DNA from: a virus
Lineage: Duplodnaviria; Caudoviricetes
IMG/VR virus record: IMGVR_UViG_3300030451_001785
Span: 1-60,176 of that record
Length of the DNA stretch: 60,176 bases
Strand: one strand, 5' to 3'
Part shown: piece by piece, positions 1 to 8,600 of the stretch
How positions within the stretch are numbered: position 1 is the stretch's first letter
Layout: each line of letters opens with the position of its first letter
The notes under the pieces: generated by a model
Database searches by the model: none
The model's input: only the letters and a program-made list of their open reading frames with translations
Told to the model about the DNA's origin: nothing
Translations under genes and position numbers: made by a program

Positions 1-141
1 TACATCTATGATAATTTTTGTACACAAAAAATTGGAATCTTTTATAAGTTCAAAGAAGAACTCAAAGCACTCAAAGAAATATATGGAGACCAATTATGTA
101 CAGACCTTAGTGTCTTTGAAGACACTGATAAAAGTATAGCA
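1..141. repeat. Terminal overlap with 60036..60176 (circular contig)
   Basis: 141-nt direct repeat of the window end with two substitutions (positions 9 and 72); the helicase reading frame continues across the join. Confidence 0.95.
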
Positions 142-390
142 CTACAAATTGTTAGTGGTCGAGAAGGTATATCATTGAGACAAGCATCTGCTTTAGTATA
201 CTACAACATAGACTTTTCTGCAACTTCTTATTGGCAAAGCAGAGACAGGATGACAACTAAAGATAGACTTGAATCAGATGTTTATTGGATATTTGCTAGA
301 GGGGGTATAGAAAAAGATATATACAAAGCCGTAACAAAGAAGAAAGATTACACCGTAAATCACTTCAAAAAGGATTTGTTATCTTTGTGA
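1..390 (+). CDS. C-terminal part of SNF2-like helicase (continues from 58938..60176)
   Basis: Frame is open from position 1 (YIYDNFCTQK...SGREGISLRQASALVYY...YWQSRDR), resembling SF2 motifs V/VI; the listed 175..390 ORF is its tail. Confidence 0.85.
   Translation, partial: YIYDNFCTQKIGIFYKFKEELKALKEIYGDQLCTDLSVFEDTDKSIALQIVSGREGISLRQASALVYYNIDFSATSYWQSRDRMTTKDRLESDVYWIFARGGIEKDIYKAVTKKKDYTVNHFKKDLLSL
110..125. repeat. 16-bp palindrome copy inside helicase gene (duplicated at 60145..60160)
   Basis: GTGTCTTTGAAGACAC, encodes SVFEDT. Confidence 0.95.
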
Positions 391-391
391 T

Positions 392-598
392 ATGAGGTTC
401 GTTAAGTTTTTACTTATATGGATTAGTCAAAACTTAGCGATACCGTTTTGGGTAGTAGGTCACATACACCTTTCAATACATAACTTTCACGACCTATATG
501 AATTGGGTTGTTCGATTGGTATGAATGTAGTTGTGGCGATAGGATTTTATTTAGATTACAAGAATGACCGAACAACAGATACAGGCAAAAAGAATTAA
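392..598 (+). CDS. Small hydrophobic hypothetical protein
   Basis: 68 aa with two hydrophobic stretches; starts right after the helicase stop; TATCTTTG at 380..387. Confidence 0.55.
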   Translation: MRFVKFLLIWISQNLAIPFWVVGHIHLSIHNFHDLYELGCSIGMNVVVAIGFYLDYKNDRTTDTGKKN

Positions 599-803
599 GC
601 AATTAGAGTCTGAAGGTTATTATGTAATAAAGTTAGTGAAGACTAACAAGAATGGTATACCCGATTTACTTGCGATACCACCTGAAGCAAAAGTTATTTT
701 TAGTGAAGTTAAAACACCGAAAGGAAAAGTATCAAGACTACAAGAATTTAGATTAAAAGAACTAGAGAAATATGGATTTACAACTGAAGTTTTTAGAGGA
801 TAA
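564..803 (+). CDS. VRR-NUC family nuclease
   Basis: TEQQIQ...GIPDLL...FSEVKTPKGKVSRLQ, the PD-(D/E)xK pattern of VRR-NUC; next to an SNF2 helicase as is common in phages. Confidence 0.85.
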   Translation: MTEQQIQAKRIKQLESEGYYVIKLVKTNKNGIPDLLAIPPEAKVIFSEVKTPKGKVSRLQEFRLKELEKYGFTTEVFRG

Positions 804-1209
804 TTTTCTATATGAAATAGATGATTGGTTCTTCTCACAACTAAGAAGGTTTAGTGTTAATGAAGCTACAGTTATTATTGGTCAAGTTCTTTCAATCATA
901 GATGAGTTACCGGACAGAGATGGTTGGTCTCAATCTGTTGCCGGAGTTATTAAAAAAAAGAATCCTACTTTTTTTGTCGTTGAATATTTGAAACAAAAGA
1001 ATGATATTCCTATCTTAGTTGATATAGAAGAAATTGAAGTAGATGAATACTTAGACTACATATTAGAAGCAAAATCAATCAAATCATATCTAAATGCAAA
1101 ATCAATTAAATCCATTACAGACATTATACTTGAGGGAGGAAGAGTTCTCCCACCTGAGACAGATAATAAGGACAGTCTTGGGAGTGGAGGTCAAGAAGAA
1201 CAGAAATAG
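772..1209 (+). CDS. Hypothetical protein
   Basis: 145-aa ORF in a co-directional run; no motif recognised. Confidence 0.6.
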   Translation: MDLQLKFLEDNFLYEIDDWFFSQLRRFSVNEATVIIGQVLSIIDELPDRDGWSQSVAGVIKKKNPTFFVVEYLKQKNDIPILVDIEEIEVDEYLDYILEAKSIKSYLNAKSIKSITDIILEGGRVLPPETDNKDSLGSGGQEEQK

Positions 1210-1654
1210 AATGCAACATATCGTTGATGCCAAGATGATATTCGCTACCATCCTGCACGAAAAAGGTTATGGTTGTAGTGCAATAGCAAGGTATCTTGAA
1301 ATGAATCACGCAACAATTCTACATTATTTCAAAAGATTCCCTTGGTATATTAAAACAGACATTCCTCTTAAAAATAATTATGAAAGAGTCAAGTCTGAGT
1401 TCAATAAAGAATATGACCCTGTTTATTATTTGTCAGAAAATGAACTAAAAAAAGAAGTTTTTTCTTTGAGAATTAAAAATAAAGAACTATCTTCCGAACT
1501 TAATAGGGTAAAAAATGCTTTCAGTAAAATGAAAGACAGAGACTCTCGTTACCAAGACATCTATAAACTAATCGAAGAGAGAACGAGAGCCGGTACAGAA
1601 GAAGAAGTTTTACATAAACTAATCAGGTTTTACAATGGTCTATACGATTACTGA
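1094..1654 (+). CDS. DnaA domain IV-like HTH protein with coiled-coil tail
   Basis: RMQHIVDAKMIF...SAIARYLEMNHATILH resembles the DnaA C-terminal R...AR...IG...DHxTV pattern. Confidence 0.7.
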   Translation: MQNQLNPLQTLYLREEEFSHLRQIIRTVLGVEVKKNRNRMQHIVDAKMIFATILHEKGYGCSAIARYLEMNHATILHYFKRFPWYIKTDIPLKNNYERVKSEFNKEYDPVYYLSENELKKEVFSLRIKNKELSSELNRVKNAFSKMKDRDSRYQDIYKLIEERTRAGTEEEVLHKLIRFYNGLYDY

Positions 1655-1889
1655 TATTGAAAAGATACTAGGTTACAAGACTTGGAAGTCTCAAAAAAAA
1701 ATTGATACTCTACTTCAAATGGATTGTAAAATGTACTGTCATCTTGGAATTGATTCTACAAAACAAGAGAAGGCAGATGTTAAGAAAGCATCTAGAAAAA
1801 TATACCAAGCAATAAAAACACTTAATACTAACCTTGGCAATCTATTTTTACAACAAATGGATTCCAATAAAACGAAAGAACCTTTGTAA
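1635..1889 (+). CDS. Hypothetical protein
   Basis: 84-aa ORF overlapping the upstream stop. Confidence 0.6.
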   Translation: MVYTITDIEKILGYKTWKSQKKIDTLLQMDCKMYCHLGIDSTKQEKADVKKASRKIYQAIKTLNTNLGNLFLQQMDSNKTKEPL

Positions 1890-1890
1890 G

Positions 1891-2085
1891 ATGACCGAAG
1901 AAACATCAGCGTATGATAGAGAGAGACTTACTCACATCAATTACCTGATGGATAATATTCACGACTCTACTACTCACATCTATGAATCCTTAGTAGATAG
2001 AGATTTCGACACCCTTCAAGAGCATATAAAAAATCTTCAGTTAATCCTCAAGGATATTTCAATTTCAGTAGAGGATGATATATGA
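1891..2085 (+). CDS. Hypothetical acidic protein
   Basis: Listed from 1834; the ATG at 1891 directly follows the previous stop and is the more likely start. Confidence 0.55.
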   Translation: MTEETSAYDRERLTHINYLMDNIHDSTTHIYESLVDRDFDTLQEHIKNLQLILKDISISVEDDI

Positions 2086-2512
2086 ATACAAGCAGTTTGC
2101 TAATGAGCAACAACTATATGATTTCATTCACGAATATTTTATAGTAGACCTAAAGCCTAGTGAAACATCTACCTCTAGGTATGATTGTTATTCTAAAAGA
2201 TATAAGCTTGACATAGAACTAAAGTGCAGACGAAAACATTACGATGAATTAATTATTGAACGTGGTAAGTATGATGCATTGATGCATCGTTGTCAAACTA
2301 ATGGAACTATCCCCGTCTATATAAACTCCACACCGAAAGGTGTTTGGGGTTTTTATTTAAAGAACTATGACTTAAAGTGGGAATACAGAGACCTACCTAA
2401 ACAAACAGATTTCTCACAACGGCAAACCATATCAAAAGAAATAAGCTACCTACCAATATCCGAAGGAGTAGACTTACTTCTTCTTCTTTCTTTTTCTTCT
2501 GCGACTTTTTGA
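2075..2512 (+). CDS. PD-(D/E)xK-like nuclease
   Basis: RYDC...DIELKCR motif; last gene of the plus arm. Confidence 0.65.
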   Translation: MIYEYKQFANEQQLYDFIHEYFIVDLKPSETSTSRYDCYSKRYKLDIELKCRRKHYDELIIERGKYDALMHRCQTNGTIPVYINSTPKGVWGFYLKNYDLKWEYRDLPKQTDFSQRQTISKEISYLPISEGVDLLLLLSFSSATF

Positions 2513-2626
2513 TAGCTTAGATTTTTTAAATCCATCTGTAGCGTAGTATAGTTTTACTTGTGCATCAGTAAAGATTCTACCACTTGGACTTACGTTTTTA
2601 TTTTTTCCAACTTTCTTGAAAGGCAT
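2474..2626 (-). CDS. Small basic protein (50 aa, not in the ORF track)
   Basis: Hand translation MPFKKVGKNKNVSPSGRIFTDAQVKLYYATDGFKKSKLSKSRRRKRKKKK; starts 4 nt after the giant gene's stop. Confidence 0.55.
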   Translation of the reverse strand: MPFKKVGKNKNVSPSGRIFTDAQVKLYYATDGFKKSKLSKSRRRKRKKKK

Positions 2627-2630
2627 AACT

Positions 2631-5600
2631 CTAAAATTCTAGTTCTTCTTTTATTTCTTTTCTCATCTCTCTCATTTCTTTCTTTGTTTCATAAGATGGA
2701 CTACCCGGACCATATAGTTCTTTATATAAATTAGGGTCAATCTTTTTCAAGTCAGACTTATTTGTCTTAGGTTTTTTGCTTTTAGACTTACTCTTTCTCT
2801 GACCATATCCCGGTCTGTATGATGGTGTAATACCTGTAAGGTCATAAATATTTTCCTCACTATCATCACCACCTAATAATTTAAACAGTGCTAATGGTGC
2901 ATCTAATTGCATACCTGCATATATTTCAAACAAAGGAACAAGGATTCTAGCTAGTTGTCCACTGTCCTCTACCTCTTTATATTCTCTCTCTATTTTTCTG
3001 AAGATAGCAGAGAATGGATTAACTCCTTCTGTTATAGGTCTTCTTACTCCTTCCATCTTTGCCAATGCTTGTTCTACTCCTGTACCTATAATAGGTATTG
3101 AGTACAATAGATTTAAACCAAATGCTGCATCTCTTAGTGCTCTTAGTGCTCTGTCTTTTTCATCATCCTTTCCGTGTAACAATGCAGGTGCGTAAGACAC
3201 GGCAGTAAAAGCTACGTTGGCTACTGAAAAGTTTAAAGCAAATTTTCTAAGGTCAGTTTTCTTTGGCATTTTACCATTTAAAATAGAAGTTGTTATTGCC
3301 TTTCCTGATTGTCCTACATTATTCATCATCAAGTAAAGTGAACTACCAAACATTGTAAAGAATCTATTGAATGCATTTGTGGATTGTTGAGCAGGTGACT
3401 TCTCAGTGCTTCTTCTTGTTTGCTGCGTAGCATTGTATTCATTAAACAATCTCAATGCTTCTGCTTTACTCATACCGTTTTTAATGGCTCTATTATATAA
3501 AGCTTTGTATCCTAATACACCAAGGATATCTCCTGCTACCGTGGTAAAACCTGCTACTTTTCTTGTTGTTCTAGCAGTTCTACCTAACCTATCTTGTCTT
3601 GCTCTTGTTGGTTTAAATGTTCTACTTCCTGATTCTAAACCAAATATATCTCCCTCTAATCCTTTTCTAATACGATTATCAAATGTGGCAGACACCTCTC
3701 TTGCTTCTCTAATTTGTTTTCGTAAAGTCATTAGAACTTCAGCATAATCTCTGACGAACATAAATAAATCCATACCCGGTATCTTACTACCTGAATCATA
3801 CTTTTCAAATGCTTGAACAAATGAAGAAGCTTGTTTTGGAATTTGAATAAGCTTTAATGCTAAAGCAAATCCTGTAAATCTAGTTTGTAATTTACTTACA
3901 AAGTCATTAGCTACCGTTGGTCCGGAGTCAGGATTGATGGCAAAGTTTAGGTTTTGTCTAAACAACAACCCTAACCCTGTTTCTTCTAAAAGAGTTACAA
4001 TAGATTTATCTTTTAGAACTTCATTCATTTCTTTTACACCAACTGCATAAGCCTTGTACTTCTCCATAGACTTAACGTGGTCTTCCATCACCTCACTGAA
4101 AGACAAACCAATTTCAATATCACCTGTTAGGTCAGTTCTTTCTTTTAATGCAGGTGAATACTCTGCAGTAAATATTTTATTAAACTGACCTTGACCAATC
4201 ATTTCACTTGTTATATCACCTTTAGATAAAGTTCTAGTAGGAAAATAATTTTCTACATACCCAAGGTTAACATCATTAACTTGTTGGTATACCTCATTGG
4301 TTTGTTCAAAGTATGTGTTACTTAAAAAGTCTACAACTTGGTCAACTAATTCAATATTTTCAGGACCTATAAAAGTTTTTATTGCTTCTATATCTATGTT
4401 TTGTTTCTCTAATTTTTTTCTTTGAACATCATTCTTACTCAAAGCATACAAACGCATAGCTTGGTCTACATTAAATGTCTCTGTATATGCTGCACCTGTT
4501 TCAGTGTTTTTTACACCCGGCATTTCCATAGTCTCTGTACCTAATGAATACTTCCACTTCTCCCAAGTTTTGTTGTGAGTAGATTCAGTCATACTATTCA
4601 TTACATTCTCTGTTCTTCTTACACCTTGTAAATTGTTTTCATCAAAATCATTTAACCTGTTGTAAAACATTTCAGTAAACATACCATCACTGTTTCTATC
4701 TAACTGTCTGGTAATTGTACCTAAGTGTGCAATGAAATCTCTAACATATCTTGAGATACCATCAGCCGTAAGCTTGTCTCCGTCTTTAAATTTTTGAAAG
4801 AATGTTTTTATTCCCTTCCAAATACCTGCATCAAAAGCTTTTCTTACTTCTTGTTTTTTATTTCTAAGTTGATTCCTGCTTAAAAGATTTCCATTCTCAT
4901 CAAATAGAACATTGAAATCTTTTTCTATTTGCTCGTTAAATTCTTTTTTAATCTGCTCAACCTTTGCTCTTCTAGCTTCCCTACGATTATTAAGGTTAGC
5001 AATAGACTCTGCTCTTGTAGTTTTTACATCAGTAAACAACTCTTCAACTTGTTCAAGTTCCATATTCATTACGTCTGCAAACGTATCAAGTGCGAGTTGT
5101 CTGTCAATTAATTTTTGTTGTAGTACAGTAATATCTTTTCCTTCTCTTAAAAGTTCTGCTGCAGCTTCATAAGCTTCAGGGTTTATTGATTGTTGTATAG
5201 CAACCAATGCATCTATATCATTATTCATTACTGCTTTCAATACTCCTTGTACTTCAGCAAAATAACTTTGACCTGCAGCATCTAAACCTGCAGACCTTCT
5301 TTTACCTGATGAGGTTTTTCTAGTCTTAGATTTTTTCTTAACTAAGTTTTCTATTTTCTTTATTACTTGGTTCTTCATTAACTGACGTTGCTTCTGAACT
5401 TCAGTAAGAACCTCACTCATTTTACCATCAAAGTTTTTTGGATTGGTTTCGTTGATGATTTTTATAAGCTTATTTATCTGTGTGTTTTTATAGTTTTTAG
5501 AGTTAGGTAATAATCTTCTAACTATCATACGCATTCTTCTTTGTGCTTCAGTAATATTATCTGCACCAATCTTTCTTTGCTTTAATTTATTTCTGATATC

Positions 5601-8600
5601 ACCAATCTCTCTTCTTACTTGTGCGTTACTTCTAATACCAAGTGCTCTATCAAATGCATTAAGTAATTCAAGTTGAGTAGTCTCAGGTTGAACTTTAAAT
5701 ATTGCATTCTCTTTCATAATATCTAAAGCCTTCTGTCTTATTTCTGCAAATGATTTTGTTCTTACCCCTTGTCTACCTCTACCTCCTCTAGGTCCTTCAA
5801 TAGCAAAAGCATTTACCTTATCTCTAACTTCATTAAATAATCTTTGTCCAACGATTGCTCCACCCTCTACATTTCCAAACTCTCTAGGCATAGGCTTTAA
5901 TAAATCTATGTTTACAATCATAGCATTATTAATATCCCTTGCTTTGAATCCTCTGTTTTTTAATACCACCTTGATTGATTCATCACTAAAGCCTTCTCTT
6001 CTTCCTTGTTCTATAATACTATCCATAGACAGTCCGGTACTGAAAGCAGCTTCAGGATTCTTCAACTGTTTCATTTGTTGGTCTGTCATCTTAATTTCTT
6101 TTCCTGCAAAAATATCTGCAAGAGCAGTACCTAAGAATTTATCAAGTGTCATATCCTGTATTTCCTCAGCAGTTAATTCAGTTGACATCTTAAATTGTTT
6201 CTTGATATAGTTCCACATACCAAGAAGCCACTCTTTGAATTTAGATTTCACAGATGCATTTGCTATGGTCTCACCTTTGTTTCCAATCAGTATAGCCATA
6301 GCTTCATTAGTTGCCTTGTCTACATCCCCATCAAATCTTTTTAGTTGTTCTTTAAATGTTTCTGTTTGTTGTACAAGTTCTGCTCCTTTAGCGTATACCT
6401 TTCTACCCTGTTCAGTAGTTTGTAAATAGTCTGTCCAAACGTGACCCATCTCGTGAATAGATGTGTTGAACAGTTGTGATTCAGAGTTATGTACTTCAGG
6501 ATTTAAATAAATATCTCCGTCTACAGTAACTCCATATACCACTTCATTACCTTTTAGATATACTCTTACATTGTCAGACTCTAATACATTATTAAATGTT
6601 TCTGTGTCTGCGTTTATGACTACACCCGGAAAGGCAATATTCATAAATGAGTTTAGTTTATCTACATTACTAGGACTTTCATTAACTATTACACCAACAT
6701 AATCAAACGATGGTATACCTATACCAACACCTGTTTGTTGTGCTCTAATAGTTTTTACTGAAGTAGGTTTACTTTCAGGTGTTGTAGTAGATTCTTTTTC
6801 TATAAGCTTTTCAAATACTTTTTGATACGCTTTTGGATATACTTTCTCCATTGGTTGTGGATTTTCAAGTATACCAATAGACCTACCTTTTACACCATAC
6901 TTATAATTAGGATGCGTAGTTTCTACTATACCCGGATTAAGAACATCAACTCCAACGATAGATACTACATTACCTATAGGAACATTTCTTAGTTGTGGGT
7001 CTGTCACAACGTCTGTAATTGAACCAATATTTATTTTAGATGTCTGACCTTCTACTCCTCTCATTAATACTTTAGGAACTGCCTTACTTCCTTTACCAAC
7101 TTTAGTTACTCTCTTTGAAGGTTGGTTAGGTGTATTAGCTTTACCTGTAGTTATAAGTCTCATTAGGTGACTTCTTACAGGTAGTGGTAATGTTTGAACA
7201 AACTCATCATTCAACACATCATCTAGAGTAGTAGGGTTTAATTTATTTACTGCATCAAGTAATTGCTCAAACTCACCAAGTTCTTTTGGTGGTCTAGCTT
7301 TTTTCTTGTAGAACTTTACTTTGTTTCTTATTTCTTTTTTAAGTACAGGAACTGCTGCCTTTCTATTTCTTTCAGGTAATGTTGTTACATTGTCTAGTAA
7401 TACTCTAAAGACTGCTTCATTTGAAATGATAGCATTCTCTCCCATCTTAACTATATTCATTGGAACAAGACCATTCATCTCAGGATTCTTTGCCCAATAC
7501 TCATCAAACAATTCTTTATTGTTTTGATAAACCTGCTCTGCTTTGAATATAATTCCTTGTGCTTCTTTCTCTGTTACATTTGCCCAAGCTGCATTTTGAT
7601 TTCCTGTTGTTCCATTAAAACCAATTGCTCCTTTTAGATTTTCAATTGTATTGTTTGTTTCAGGATTTGTTATGTTACCTGTAGTAAGTTGGTCAGTTAT
7701 ACTAAATATTGTAGGAACACCTTTAACAACCTCAAGCTTAGTAATCTTTAATGGGTTGTCTGTTCTTGTATTAAGTTCATTAACGTCTATCTTTTGAGAT
7801 TCTTCTTGAGTCTCTACCTGTACATCTACATTAGGTGATTCTATTTCATTAATCTCTGTGGTTATATCTACCTCATCAGGACCAACATTGTCAGAGTTGT
7901 TTTCATTAGTTGTTTCAATTTTGAAATCTACTTTTGGTTTTTGATTTAACTCTGTAGCCTTTAATGATTGTTCTAAATCTGTAACCTCTTGTGCTGCTGC
8001 ATCAGTATCAGCTACTGCTTCTTCAGTTTCGAGTGTCTTTGAAGACACTCCGTCTTCCTCTGTTTGTTGTTGTATTTGTCCAGGAGTTTCTACTGCAGGA
8101 GTTGTAGTCTCTGCTTCAGGAGTTACAGTCTCTGCTACAGGAGTTGTAGTTTCTGTTTCAGGAGTTGGAGTTGTAGTTGATGCCTCACCTTGGTCTACGA
8201 CTAAAGTTCCATCTTGACTGATATTTAATTTTTCTTGAATAGGTTTTACTCTAGATTCTGCTAACTTATTAGCAACCATCTGACTAACCTCTTCATCATT
8301 ATCTATAGATAAACTTACTCTGCTCATTTCTGCAGCACTAAGATTATTTACATATTTCAAGAACTCTTCTTTACTTACTTCTGTAAATCTTCCAAGTGCA
8401 CCTTGTATTCCTTTTCTAATTCTATATCTCTGTCTACCTTCTCTTACATCAGTACCTGAAGCTTGTTCTTGTACGCTAAGTACACCTGTACCTGCTAACA
8501 AGGTTTGTTGTTCAGGACTTCTTAATTGTTTAGTAGTTAAAATTTCTGATAGTTCTGCGTTGATTTCTTTTATTTTAGGACCAAATACTTCTTTTCTATT

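Noticed and set aside
5303-5312. Other CTGATGA strings as additional hammerheads
   Set aside because: Those I noticed lie within coding regions and I saw no accompanying stem II-GAAA architecture; not checked exhaustively.
6315-6340. FDGD in the giant protein as a virion RNA polymerase DxDGD motif
   Set aside because: The sequence is RFDGD, lacking the first Asp, and sits within the zincin-like region; no support for a crAss-type polymerase.
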